Of a DNA stretch of 64,000 bases, positions 24,414-38,385 are shown piece after piece. The number at the start of each line of letters is the position of its first letter. Within the stretch, counting starts at the first letter, position 1. A model generated the notes under the pieces. It saw nothing but the letters and a program-made list of their open reading frames with translations. It did no database searches and was not told where the DNA came from. This DNA comes from Eledone cirrhosa. Lineage: Eukaryota. The position numbers and the translations under genes are program-made. The stretch covers positions 64,728,001 to 64,792,000 of the forward strand of contig OZ024742.1 of NCBI GenBank assembly GCA_964016885.1. Reading direction: 5' to 3'.

Positions 24414-27400
24414 TTAGAAGAATCTGGCAAAGTGGGAAGATGTGAAAAGGTGTGGAGATGTGAAAAGCCGAGACATAGCTTGATGCTGTTACAAAGCTAG
24501 TCTCAATGCATCACAATGATGTTAATATTAAGGACTACATTGAAGGAATTTCTACATATTAATGACTGAACATGTTTGGATAGGGGAGAGACAGTATTAT
24601 AGTGGACAATACAATGTCTTCAATCTGAGGTTATCAACACCTTGGTAGTTGTCAATGAGTCCAACATCTCTCTTACTCAGCAAATTGATTACCAAGGTTT
24701 CAATGATTACCAACTTGCCAAATAATTCTTACAATACAAACATGTACAGTAGATGCTTTTGTAGTGGGGGTGGTGGCAGTTATAAGTTACTAACTAAAAC
24801 CACAACTTGGTTTCAGTTCTCACTGTAGTCACTTCAAACGTTCTCCAACAGATTTAATTATGTTGTAAATAATAATTATGTTGATCACTTTTTAGTGTGT
24901 TTTCTATGCTTGCAAGAGTTGGAGTCCTCTAAAAATCACTGTCCTGCCATTTGTTACATTCCTCTGTCATCTCCTTTGTAAGACAGCACCCTTAGATCAG
25001 CTTTCACCACTTCTACCCAAGTCTTCCTTCCACTTGGAACTTGTGGTACATCTTTACCTAACTATCGTCCATACACATTAAATGTCCATACCAATAGTCT
25101 TCTCTCTTTCACAATATCCAATTCCTCTTATACCAATTATTTTTCCCTCAACTCATTTCTGCTTTGTCATCCATGCACACTAAGATTACACATCCAGCTA
25201 CCATAATTTTTGTCTAGCCAACACACATCCTCTACATTAAATGCATGTCCCACTACCATGTACTGTTGCACTACATACAATTATGTTATATGTATTGTGA
25301 GATGCACCCCCCCCCCCCCACCCCCAGCCTGCCTGAGAGGTCAGTAGCTCGAAGTACTCACTTGGTCTGTGATGACCTGTCTAAACCTTGCTAGCAGGGA
25401 AAACAGACATTAAATTATGATATCTATTTGAGGCAAATCAAATATTTTCTTTTTCAACATTTCAAATATAGAAAATGATACATATATGTTCTTCACACAT
25501 CAACAGATGCAAAATGTTGGACACATCATCAATGTTGTAACCTTGAGTTACTGGGTGTTTCAGGTCTTATACCATACACTCTCATCTAGGTGATCTGAGG
25601 TTGATCAAGCCATAACCTGTATCCAAATGACATGCATATTACTGGCCTCACCAGTCATTGTCATCTTGATGCTTTCTCTGTTGCTTCTGTAATGCCAAGA
25701 GTTTTGTAGGCTTTGCTTAGTGAATAAGCTGCCAACCTCCACTGACATGCATCTCACCCTCAACCTGTTCCTGCAGTAGTTCACCACAAACAGCTTGTAC
25801 TTTGCTCTTTTCAACTGTACCCCACCTCTATCCTCTCCACCTTGACATAATTTTTAATATTTTAAATACTTAAATATTTAAAAGAAAGAAAAAATAAATT
25901 TAACCAATTATGTTATATATATTGTGAGATGCATCCCCCAGCCAGCCTGAAAGTTATTTTCAATTAATATTTTCTCTATTATTTGCAAAACATAGGCAGT
26001 GTTGTTCAATCAAAATACAAAATATCAACATATTGATTCAACATACATGAAATTAACTATAAAACTACCAGGACTTAACCATTGGATGATTTTTTTTTTT
26101 ACCATATTTCTAATGAAAAGCACTGCCTATAATTTTCAAATAATTTTGAAAATAATATGGAGTCTTTATTTATATAACTATCTTATTGTTAAACTGACAT
26201 TTGTAACATTGTAAAATTATGATGGTGCTTTTTTTAGATAAATATAAACACTTTAAAATAAACGGCTTTGTATCATAGAACCAGGGGAGGTTTCAGGTGA
26301 TTTGGTGTCAGTAGCTTGAATCACTTGGTCTGTGAACGACCTGTCCAACCCTTGAGCCAAATCAAATAAATTTAAAAAAAAAATATTTTAAATATATAAC
26401 AAACAAAAAAAAAATTGTGTTGTAGTACTGGTTCTATTTTATAGATTTATGTAGGATTTATATATTACATAAGGCAGTGACAAGATTAAAAACTGAAAAG
26501 CTTTTAATCACTTAAAAAGCCATGCCAAGTCAATAAACTTTAGGAATTATAAACACAATAATTGTTTCTACTTTTGGCACAAGGCCAGCAATTATCCCAG
26601 TGTATTACTGGTACTTTATTTTATCGACCCCATAAGGATGAAAGGCAAAGTTAACCTCGGCGGGATGTTAAGAGAATACTAAATATAAATACAGTAGGGT
26701 CTCATCTATATAACACACAAATATAATTGTTTCTACTTTTGGCACAAGGCCAGCAATTATACCAGTGTATTACTGTGCTTTATTTTATCGACCCTGTAGC
26801 GATGAAAGGCAAAGTTGACCTTGGCAGGATTTAAACTCATGCCATAAAGGGTCGTAACTATGCGACAAAGCATGACACCTGACGCTCTACCGATACTGCC
26901 AATCCACACACAAATATAATGCCAGTTATCTCTGCTAGCAAAGGTTGGAGCTCTCAGATGGGTCAGGGGCCCTCATCTAACATATATACATTCCCACACT
27001 GTGTGCATTGGATTTAGCGCTCATCATTAGCTCATCAAGTCCTCCAAGAGGACCAAGGGTTTGACATTGAATGTACTAAAACGAGTGGGATGTTTACACT
27101 TTAGGAGAGGTTTTGATCTACCTTCTGCTCTATCGAGAACAGTCTGCTTAGATGAGTCCAGGTTGAAGACTGATCTGTCAATCTCAGAGGATGAGGTGTG
27201 AGTTTCAGGAAAATCAGCTACGGCATGGGCTTAAACCCTGGTGCAAATCAATGAATAGTCCATATTTTCGATAGCTCGATACAAGTGTGTATTGCCAGGA
27301 CTGCACAGGCCATTTTTTAAGCTACTGACAGCTCCTATTTAGCCCATAGGTGGAGGCATTGTTGGTAGGACTTCCAAGCGCCCTCTAGGTTTTCCTTCTT

Positions 27401-27851
27401 GGTATTTCTCATTGGGACTCCATCTCCAGGCTGGTGGCCTGGGAGAGCCTGCATGATCTAACTTTGCTCAGGCTCAAAATGGTATTCAAGCCTTCACATA
27501 TACATATGCACACACATAGACACGCGTGCAATCAGTCCCATACACCCCCACCCCCACACGATATACAAATTTACACACTATTGGATGGACATTGACTCTT
27601 ATGAGTTATTAAGCTGCTGGATGATGTGCACTGGATGCATTTATCACTGAGACCACCAACACTAAAGAGGTTGACATAACGAAAGAGTCTTCGTTCTAAA
27701 TTACAAAACATGTAATAGTCAGAAATATTCTAAAATATATTTGTGATGCCGAACTACATTTTTTTTTTTTTCCTTCAATATCTCTTTCTCTGAAACTTTC
27801 AGTCTAGCTTACAATTTCTCTTTCCCTTTCTCTCAGTACATCAGTGATAAA

Positions 27852-27882
<31 letters not shown>

Positions 27883-27961
27883 TTGTACCTATGTAGAAAT
27901 ATTTGCATTTAGTTCTCAATGAATTCATGTACACACATGTCAGCTATACTCTGTGTGAGTG

Positions 27962-28009
<48 letters not shown>

Positions 28010-29908
28010 CACGCACACATGCATGTGTATCAGTAATTTTAAGCCAGTGTGTGTCACTTAGAATGTAAGTATGTATGTTAATCAGTATGAATGTAAAGAA
28101 CTGCATACAAACTTACTATTAGTTAATTTACTATTAGTCATTTAAGTTGAACGAAAAAAACCAAACTTTTTCTACATATTCAGTACCCAAACACCATTCA
28201 ATATTAGTTCCCATTCTTCTGCATAATAGGAATGAATAATAATAGTAATGGTGTGTTGTTTGCACACTTTGCATTGCTCTCAAAGGATCATGAAGTTCTG
28301 GCAAAATCTTCAATATAGGATTTAATTTTTGACACCAAATCACCTGAAACCTCCCCTGGTTCTATGATACAAAGCCGTTTATTTTAAAGTGTTTATATTT
28401 ATCTAAAAAAAGCACCATCATAATTTTACAATGTTACAAATGCCAGTTTAACAAGATAGTTATATCAATAAAGACTCCAAATTATTTTCAAAATAGAGAT
28501 GGGGTATAGTTGAAAAGAGCAAAGTACCAGCGGTTTGTGGTGAACTACTGCAGGAACAGGTTGAGGGTGAGATGCATGTCAGTGGAGGTTGGCAGCTTAT
28601 TCACTAAGCAAAGCCTACAAAACTCTTGGCATTACAGAAGCAACAGAGAAAGCATCAAGATGACAATGACTGGTGAGGCCAGTAATATGCATGTCATTTG
28701 GATACAGGTTATGGCTTGATCAACCTCAGATCACCTAGATGAGAGTGTATGGTATAAGACCTGAAACACCCAGTAACTCAAGGTTACAACATTGATGATG
28801 TGTCCAACATTTTGCATCTGTTGATGTGTGAAGAACATATATATATCATTTTCTATATTTGAAATGTTGAAAAAGAAAATATTTGATTTGCCTCAAATAG
28901 ATATCATAATTTAATGTCTGTTTTCCCTGCTAGCAAGGTTTAGACAGGTCATCACAGACCAAGTGAGTACTTCGAGCTACTGACCTCTCAGGCAGGTGGG
29001 GTGTGTGTGTGTGGGGGGGGGGGGGGGGGGTGCATCTCACAATACATATAACATAATTGTATGTAGTGCAACAGTACATGGTAGTGGGACATGCATTTAA
29101 TGTAGAGGATGTGTGTTGGCTAGACAAAAATTATGGTAGCTGGATGTGTAATCTTAGTGTGCATGGATGACAAAGCAGAAATGAGTTGAGGGAAAAATAA
29201 TTGGTATAAGAGGAATTGGATATTGTGAAAGAGAGAAGACTATTGGTATGGACATTTAATGTGTATGGACGATAGTTAGGTAAAGATGTACCACAAGTTC
29301 CAAGTGGAAGGAAGACTTGGGTAGAAGTGGTGAAAGCTGATCTAAGGGTGCTGTCTTACAAAGGAGATGACAGAGGAATGTAACAAATGGCAGGACAGTG
29401 ATTTTTAGAGGACTCCTTCAACTCTTGCAAGCATAGAAAACACACTAAAAAGTGATCAAAATAATTATTATTTACAACATAATTAAATCTGTTGGAGAAC
29501 GTTTGAAGTGACTACAGTGAGAACTGAAATCAAGTTGTGGTTTTAGTTAGTAACTTATAACTGCCACCACCCCCACTACAAAAGCATCTACTGTACATGT
29601 TTGTATTGTAAGAATTATTTGGCAAGTTGGTAATCATTGAAACCTTGGTAATCAATTTGCTGAGTAAGAGAGATGTTGGACTCATTGACAACTACAAAGG
29701 TGTTGATAACCTCAGATTGAAGACATTGTATTGTCCACTATAATACTGTCTCTCCCCTATCCAAACATGTTCAGTCATTAATATGTAGAAATTCCTTCAA
29801 TGTAGTCCTTAATATTAACATCATTGTGATGCATTGAGACTAGCTTTGTAACAGCATCAAGCTATGTCTCGGCTTTTCACATCTTCCCACTTTGCCAGAT
29901 TATTCTAA
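24414..29908. repeat. Large inverted duplication in DDA1 intron 2 (left arm 24414-25831 plus 26143-26310; right arm 28330-29908)
   Basis: Near-identical reverse-complement arms. Twin spurious ORFs 25605..25814(-) and 28510..28719(+) differ at only 2 of 69 residues. Confidence 0.93.
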
Positions 29909-30667
29909 CCTTGAAACCCTGTCCATACCAACCCACTTGCAACTGAATCTGGTCCTATTATTAATATAAAAATTGTCTTTTTAGAGTTTTCATCTTTAAA
30001 TTAAAAACTCCTATCATAATTTTAAGAACCTTTTTCTGGAGATATTTCCAAACAGATAGCAAACTGCTTGAAACTGCCCCTGGTTCTACAATACAAAACT
30101 GTTTATTTTAAAAACCTTCCATCATAATTTTATGTAAGGACTTTTATGTTCTAACCACCAACTTAAATTATATTACTAAATCTCTCCAAACTCTTGATTA
30201 TTTTCAAAATTATTTCAATCACAGGTAATCTTTCATTAGAAATATGGTAATAAAAAGGGTAAAATATTGAAATTTTTTATTTTACTAAATCTTCTAAATC
30301 CTTACTTAACCCTTTAGTTACCAACCCGGCCAAAACTGGCTCTGGTTCTATGAAGTAAAACCACCCATTTTAATGGTTTCCAATTTAAATAAAAATCTTC
30401 CAACATAATTTTATAAAGAACCTTACATTAAGTTACTATCTTAGTAATGAAATAATTAATAATTTTAGTAAATCCCTAGAAATTCTTCATTAATTAATTA
30501 GATTATACTATTTCTTTAGAAATACAGTTATGAAAGAGTTAAATTATTAAAATTACTGGAAGCACATACTGTAATTCATTAGAAGTATGGTAACTAAATG
30601 GTTAATGAAATATGATGAACAATGGAATATATTTTAACTAATAAATATTCCTTCTTTTTTCTTTCAG

Positions 30668-30719
30668 GTACGGCGACCAGCTGTTTATATTTCCACTAAA
30701 GACCATCCATATGAACAAG
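30668..30719 (+). CDS. DDA1: DDA1 exon 3 (VRRPAVYISTKDHPYEQ)
   Basis: Polypyrimidine tract plus ttcag|, G|gtatat donor, 52 nt; compare human RRPSVYLPTREYPSEQ. Confidence 0.92.
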
Positions 30720-31367
30720 GTATATATATATATATAGCTATATAGTATGTAGAGAGAGAAAGCTATTGATATGAAAAATGTATGCATGTCTGGCGTTACA
30801 CACTAATACAGTAGGCCCGACTTCCCACAGGCCGAAGCTGAAGCATACATACAGTATGCACCACCCCACCCCATCCTCTCATACATCTCCCATGAGGACA
30901 GGCTGAAGTATACATCCAGTGAAGCCCCCAGCCCACACTGTAAAGTGGTCGTGATGGTGAACATCAAAAAGCGCTCAGCCACACTGTAAAGTGGTCGTGT
31001 AGGTGTCACAACAAAAAGCACCCGGTCCATACTGTAAAGTGGTCATGTAGGCGTCACGACAAAAAGCACCCAGTACTCAGTACCACTCCAATCGGTAAAC
31101 AATGAGGCAATTCGATTCAAGCATTCAACTTCATGTGTATCCTTCCAAATTCAATTTGGTAGTCCACAATAATTGCAACGACTAGATGTAGATATTCATA
31201 ATTCATTTTATTCATAATCTGCCGTAATACACTTTTCTGGAGCATCAATAGTTACATAATGCTGCCGTCACACAACCACCAACACGACTTCATCAGACAG
31301 CATCTTAATAGGGTTGCATGTAATATTTCTAATGCAGTACTTAAGATTCTGTCTGACTGTCGTGTTG

Positions 31368-33030
31368 ATAATAATAATGATAATAATGAAATTATTGTGT
31401 AAAGTGCTCAGGTGCACTACAACTCGTCAATATAGTACATAGAATAATACACAAATGCCAGGGAAGTACATGTTTGTATGTGTTAGCTGTAGTGTTGGCG
31501 GATCTCGGGAAGCATGGAGGCCTTAAAGGATGCAGTGTCTCGACAGCTAACAACTGATGCAGGTAGTTTGTTCCATGCTTCAGCAACTCTGAGCGTGAAA
31601 AAATGTTTCCGAAAGTCATGGGAACTGTGCTGTTTTCTTACTTTGTGGGCATGTCCACGTGTGTTAGACACATGGAAATCGAAAAGGCACTCAGGGTTGT
31701 TGTTGGCAACATGGTTAACAATTTTGTGGGTGTTTACCAAGTCAGTTGCCAGGCGTCGGAGCTTCAATGAATCCATGCCCAGGGAAGCAAGGCGCTCAGA
31801 GTATGGTAGATGCCTGATGGAGGGTATTCGCTTGGTTGCACGTCTCTGAACAGTTTCCAGGCGGTCAATGTCCTGAGCAAGATAGGGGTTCCAGACTGGT
31901 GATGCAAATTCTAAGTGTGGTCGCACCATAGCTGTATACAGCCTTAAATAGATATCTGGAGAGCGGCTGACAAAGGTCTTGCTGAGTGATGCTAAGACAC
32001 CCTCGGCCCTCTTGACAATTTTAGACGTGCCTCGTCCAACGCAAATCGCTGCTGACCGTAATGCCCAGGTCACGTTCACAGGAAGACTTCTTGATATTAG
32101 TGCTGTGGAGGGAGTATGTGGACGCTGGGTTTTTCCTCCCAAAATGCATGGTGGTGCACTTGTCCACAGCTAGCTTGAGTTGCCAGTTTGAGATCCACTG
32201 TTGCATTGTGTCCAGGTCAGACTGCAAGCAAGATCTATAGTGTTGAGGATCTGTCCTTTTTATCTCAAGGTACAGCTTGATGTCGTCTGCGTACTTTAGT
32301 ACTGTGGCATTCCTTAAGTTGGCATCTATGTCATTAATATATGCCACAAACAAAAGGGGGCCAAGAACAGATCCCTGAGGTACACCAGATGACATCTCAT
32401 ATGGTGAGGAATGCTGTCCCAGAACCGTGACTACCTCTCTTCGACTGAGAATGAAGGACTTCAACCAGTTAAAAAGATCATCCTTCACACCCATTGCAGA
32501 GAGTTTTGCCATAAGCCTTTTGTGTGGCACAGAATTGAAGGCCTTCGCAAAGTCAAGGTAAACAACATCCACCCATGAGCCGCCATCAGTGATCCGGGTG
32601 ATGTCCTCAAGAAACTCTATAAGTTGATCACAGCAGCTGGAGTTGGGGATAAATCCAAATTGCGAGGGCCGGATAAGACTGTGAGAGCTCCAGAAGTTCC
32701 AAAGTGTTTCTCTGACACAGGATTCCATCAGTTTGGCGATGCAACTAGTAAGACTGACTGGACGATAGTTCACAGGTGATGTGCGGTCACCCTTTTTGAA
32801 CAGAGGAATTACACTGGCAGTTTTCCACTGTTCTGGAGTAGCACTGTTGTTCAGACAGAATTGGAAGAAGCGTGATAACTGGTGTAGAAGGAAGTACCCA
32901 CCACGTTTAAGAAGCAGGTACGTAACACCATCAAGACCAGGAGAGGCATGGTTGCGTTTATTTTTTAGGTGACGTCGCAGCATTGCAGGTGTAAATTCCA
33001 TGGTTGTAATAGAGTCCGGTGTCATAGGTG
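31368..33030 (-). mobile_element. 5'-truncated CR1-clade LINE with a nearly intact RT domain
   Basis: NYRPVSLTS, QFGF, YLDFAKAFNSVPH, GVPQGSVLGPLLF, KYADD; one frameshift near 32025; (ATT)n tail. Confidence 0.95.
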
Positions 33031-33900
33031 GTGGAGATGGTACATTGATGGTTGCATGCTGGCAGCATTATGTACACCATGTTACTGTGTTGTATGAGGC
33101 AAGTAAGAGTTGGTTTAGAAGAGGTGTGCCGTATCCCTAGGTGTTGTAAGAAGCAACTAAAAGGGGTGGTTTAGAATAGGTGCACCATATCCCTGTGGAG
33201 ATAGTTCTATGTCAATTGGTTTCAGTCATCGGACTGTGGTCCTACTGGAGCACTTCTCTTTAACTGGTTTCTGTCATTAGACTGACCATACTGAGGCATT
33301 ATATTGAAAGGTTTACTTTCAATTATATTGAAAGGTTTACTTACGCCGAGGTTTACTTTACCTTTCATCCTTACGGGGTCGATAAAATAAAGTACCAGTA
33401 ATGCACTGGATAATTGCTGGCCTTGTGCCTAAAGTCGAAACAATTATATTGAAAGGTTCAGTCAATCAGCTCAACTTCAGTACTTTTAAGTCTGGAATTT
33501 ATTTTATCAATCTTTATTTGTCAAACAGGATATCTGAATTGCCAGCCTCTAAAAACCTAAACGGGGAGTACCATGAAATAAGGTGCCCCAAAACGGGGAG
33601 AAATGAGGTAAAATGGGAGATTTTACCTAATGAAAGCTATACCCATTTTCACAAGGGAAGACATCTCTCACCTGTCGTACGGGGAGAATCCACAGGTCTA
33701 GGATATAAACAATACCAATGGTTGTTAAGCAGTGTACATGTAAACATAGAAAAGGACACACACATATATCATCATCATCATCATGTAACATCTTTTTTCC
33801 ACGATTGTATGGGTTAGATGGGTTGTTGCATTATGAGACAAATCAGGTTCAGACACCAGTTTCAGGGGGGGGGGGTGTATCAAAAGGGTTAATGTGTATG

Positions 33901-34360
33901 GAGTCTGGGCATGGATACATTGAAGCTCCGACGCCTGGCAACTGACTTGGTAAACACCCACAAAATTGTTAATCATCTTGCCAACAACAACCCTGAGTAC
34001 CTTTTTAATTTCCATGTGTCTACACACGTGGGCATGCCAACAAAGTCAGAAAACAGTACAGTTCCCATGACTTTCGGAAACATTTTTTCACGCTCAGAGT
34101 TGCTGAAGCATGGAACAAACTACCTGCATCGGTTGTTAGCTGTCGAGACACTGCATCCTTTAAGGCCTTCATGCTTCCCGAGATTCGCCAACACTACACC
34201 TAATGTTCCCCCTCCATACACATACACACATGTATATCATGACTCATACACTATTCACTTCCCTGACATTTGTGTATTATTCTATGTACTATACATACAC
34301 CTTTGACGAGTTGTAGTGCACCTGAGCACTTTACACAATAATTTCATTATTATTATTATT
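33901..34360 (+). mobile_element. 3' fragment of the same CR1 family, opposite orientation
   Basis: MDTLKLRRLATDLVNTHKIVNH; (ATT)n tail at 34346-34360. Confidence 0.92.
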
Positions 34361-36097
34361 AAAATATTCTGTGTGAACTTTATTGAGTGAAGAAAACCAT
34401 GAACCTGGAAAGTGAAATTCTCAGTAAGTGCACACATGGTTGTGTGGTTAAGAAGTTTACTTCACAACTCTGTGGTCTCAAGACTGAACTCACTATACAG
34501 CTTTTTAACTAGCACTTTGTGGGTGCGACTTCATAGATGGAAATTAGGGGGAAATTTGTTTGAGGGATTGTTCTTACTCACTTGTGCTTTTGCTGTTTGT
34601 TTACCAAATTTGAACACGTGGTTACCAAACGAACTTCTTGACCACAACAGTGATGGCCACATACAACTACATATTTCGAAATCATGAGATTTTAAAATAA
34701 AATTAATGAACCTTTTCCAGAGAAAGACTTAAAATTAAGGAGCGGGAAGGCGCGGTCTGTTCTTCATACTACCACATAATTTTTTATCAAAAGAAAATCA
34801 CATTTCAGTTATGTGGCCTTGTAGTTATTTTCGAATTGCCCGTCCAGCCTAGTTGTAATCGGTATCGGCAATTGAAAAAAAAAAAAAAAATGGAAACTTT
34901 GTCACTGGGATTCTTCAGTTACTTCCCTTGAAAAAAATTATTTCAGCAGTTGCCTCCCCTAACTGATTGCTTTTTGAAAGTTGTGATAATGAGTGAATTA
35001 TAAACGTTATTCAGGACCGCCTCGAATGAACTGACTTATGCTGGAAAGTATTCCAACTATAACCATCTCGTCTTTTTAGTTGGATGTGTAATGTTAATGT
35101 ACGTGAATGATGAAGAATCAGATGTAGTGTACACGGATGTGTAGTTGATTATCGTTGGGTGAGAAGCACCAGGATTTCTCAGTGAAAGGACGTTGAAGTA
35201 GAGAAAGACCTGGAGAGAAATGGTGAAAGCTAATCTCAGCAAAGGAGATGAGGAAAGAATACAACTATTGGTGGGAAGCTGTGCTGGATAAGACCCATCA
35301 AACTCATGCAAGCGTGATGATGGCGAGGACTAGAAAATTATTCCTTTTTTTTCAAAGATAGTACTCTTTTACTCTTTTACCTGTTTCAGCCATCCGGCTG
35401 AGGCCATGCTGGGGCACCGCCCAGTAGGATGGGATTTTAAAATCATTTAGTTGCTATTTGTACACGCTTTCATGTGTGTGTAGAGAAAGAAGGGTTTCAC
35501 TCATTACATTGCTGCCATCCTGGGGCATTGCCTTCTAGGGAATAAGTCGATCTTATCGACCTCACTACCTATTTTATCGATCTCTATTTGTCGAACCGCT
35601 AAGTTATAGGGGTGTAAACAAACAATAAACATACACATACAGTGTGTATTCAGTATAGAATCAGTATACCATATCTCTGTTAAAAGCAGCAGAAATAGTT
35701 GGTGCTAGGAAGGGCAAAGGGCTGAAAACATTGCCTCAAATAGAATCCTAAAATGAGTATGTAGCTTGTCATGGGACTTGCAAAGTTAATCCCTTAAAGG
35801 AAAAATGATCTCAGAATGTTTGTTGTAGTATGTGCACAAACATGGATATTTTCACTCTGATACATATGATGGGTTTCTAGACTGTTTCCATCTACAAAAT
35901 CTCACTCACAAGGCATTGGTCAACTTGGAGATATAGTAGAATACACTTGTATGAGATTGAACTGAAAACCATCTGGTATATTAATTATAAAATCAAAACT
36001 ATGAAGCCAAAATATAACTATTACCCTTTGTTAAATTAGTTCATGCTGACACGAACCACTACCTCTACCACTGCCATGCTGTTGAAGTTAAATATTG

Positions 36098-37210
36098 TCA
36101 CATGTAACCAGTACTCTCTCCACTGTAACATGTGACCAATACTCTCTCCACTGTAACATGTGACCAGTACTCTCTCCACTGTAACATGTGACCAGTACTC
36201 TCTCCATTGTAACATGTGACCAGTACTCTCTCCACTGTAACATGTGACCAGTACTCTCTCCACTGTAACATGTGACCAATACTCTCTCCACTGTAACATG
36301 TGACCAATACTCTCTCCACTGTAACATGTGACCAATACTCTCTCCACTGTAACATGTGACCAGTACTCTCTCCACTGTAACATGTGACCAGTACTCTCTC
36401 CACTGTAACATGTGACCAGTACTCTCTCCACTGTAACATGTGACCAGTACTCTCTCCACTGTAACATGTGACCAGTACTCTCTCCACTGTAACTTGTGAC
36501 CAGTACTCTCTCCACTGTAACTTGTGACCAGTACTCTCTCCACTGTAACATGTGACCAGTACTCTCTCCACTGTAACGTGACCAGTACTCTCTCCACTGT
36601 AACATGTGACCAGTACTCTCTCCACTGTAACATGTGACCAGTACTCTCTCCACTGTAACATGTGACCAATACTCTCTCCACTAACATGTGACCAATACTC
36701 TCTCCACTGTAACATGTGACCAGTACTCTCTCCACTGTAACATGTGACCAGTACTCTCTCCGCTGTAACATGTGACCAGTACTCTCCCCGCTGTAACATG
36801 TGACCAGTACTCTCTCCGCTGTAACATGTGACCAGTACTCTCTCTGCTGTAACATGTGACCAGTACTCTCTCCGCTGTAACATGTGACCAGTACTCTCTC
36901 CGCTGTAACATGTGACCAGTACTCTCTCCGCTGTAACATGTGAACAGTACTCTCTCCACTGTAACATGTGACCAGTACTCTCTCTCCATTGTAATAAGTG
37001 GTCAGTACTCTCTCTCTCCCCATGTCAACATGTGATCAGTACTCTCCGTGTCAACATGTCAGTACTCTCTCCATGTCAACATGTCAGTACTCTCTCCATT
37101 GTAACATGTGTCCAGTATTCTCTCCATTATAACATGTGGTCAGTACTCTCCATGTCAACATACCAATATTCTCACTGTGACAATGTTGTCAGTACTCTCT
37201 CCATGTCAAC
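36098..37210. repeat. 28-bp minisatellite (ccagtactctctccactgtaacatgtga), about 32 regular units plus a degenerate tail
   Basis: Head-to-tail units without spacers, 36098 to about 36990, decaying to about 37210. Confidence 0.97.
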
Positions 37211-37357
37211 ATCTACACCTATCTTCTATCTATGTTAACTGTGTGTAGAACTGACCTTTCAATTAAGCCACAGGATGATCACCACCACCATTTTACATCT
37301 ATTTTCCATGCTTGCATTGGTTAAACAATTTCACCATTTCCTTTCTCTTATTTTCAG

Positions 37358-37419
37358 TTATTACTACTGAAAAGACTAATATTCTGCTGAGGTATTTACA
37401 CCAACATTGGGACAAAAAG
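37358..37419 (+). CDS. DDA1: DDA1 exon 4 ([21 protein letters not shown])
   Basis: ttttcag| phase-1 acceptor, |gtaatt donor; [18 protein letters not shown] signature. Confidence 0.96.
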
Positions 37420-38277
37420 GTAATTTCTTTTTCTTGTCACTTCTATTCAGTGAAAAAACCCATTGTTTCATTGGATGAACATCTTTCATTTGATTAACAT
37501 CTTATATCTTAATCCTGTAAGAATTAAACAGAAAATGTCTAAAAATGGGTTTGTTAATCAAAATGTTTACAGTATATTTACTTGTAGGCCGACTTTTGCA
37601 AGATGGCAGTATTAACTCTTAACATCCTGTAATGATTTAGTCAAAAATATCTAAAAAGAAGTTTTGTTAATCCAAATATTTGTAGAAATTTCTACTAGAG
37701 ATGAGATTGTGAAAATTTAGAATATCAAAGACTTTACTTTTTAATGTGATGCAGTCATAGGGTGATGGATTAGCAGAATCACTAGTTGCATGCAGTTCTT
37801 TGCATCATTTACTCTTGTTCTTTATGTTCTGATTTCAAATCCTACTGAGGTCAACTTTGCTATACATTCCTCTAGTTAAAATAAGGTACTGGGGTCAATT
37901 TCATTGGCTTTCTTCTTTCCCTAAATTGCTGATCTTGTGCAAAATTAGAAATTATTATTAAAAGTCAATGTAACAGTTACTATTAATAACAAATATTATT
38001 TTTATAAGCTGGTGGATAGGCAGAACCGTTAGACAGTTGGATGAAATGCTTTGTGTCATTTATTCTGGCTCTTTACATTCTGAGTTCAAATCCCACTGAG
38101 GTCAACTTGGCCTTTTATCCCTCCGGTACCAATAAAATACAGTACTGATCAAGAACAAGGTCAATATAAGCCTCTTTCTCCACCACCCCAAAAATTGGTA
38201 GCCTTTTACCTAAATTAGAAATCATTATTTTATTTATTTCTATGTTTATTCATTTCTTTCTTTTTTTTTTTTTTCAG

Positions 38278-38385
38278 AATTCTAATAAAAAACGAGATTC
38301 TTCAAAAGCCAATTTAGAATCTCCTGAAAGCAGTACATCTCAGAAGGTTCCCAGATTAAACAGTTGTGAAGACAGTAGCTCTTAG
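38278..38385 (+). CDS. DDA1: DDA1 exon 5, last coding exon (NSNKKRDSSKANLESPESSTSQKVPRLNSCEDSSS*)
   Basis: Long poly-T acceptor; KKRD and K(V)xR motifs as in the human C-terminus; TAG at 38383-38385; total protein 101 aa. Confidence 0.9.
   Translation, partial: NSNKKRDSSKANLESPESSTSQKVPRLNSCEDSSS

Noticed and set aside
26930-27490. GC-richer segment with a ttgatgagc...aaa motif resembling another ribozyme
   Set aside because: No complete hammerhead core or consistent stems; probably an unidentified repeat fragment
25605-28719. Duplicated 69-aa small gene (MKRAKY...)
   Set aside because: TTG starts, no recognisable domain or splice structure; identity is explained by the inverted duplication
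36036-37023. Long repetitive ORFs (205-311 aa) or a CRISPR-like array
   Set aside because: Head-to-tail 28-bp units with no unique spacers, in a eukaryotic intron; the ORFs arise from a stop-free unit
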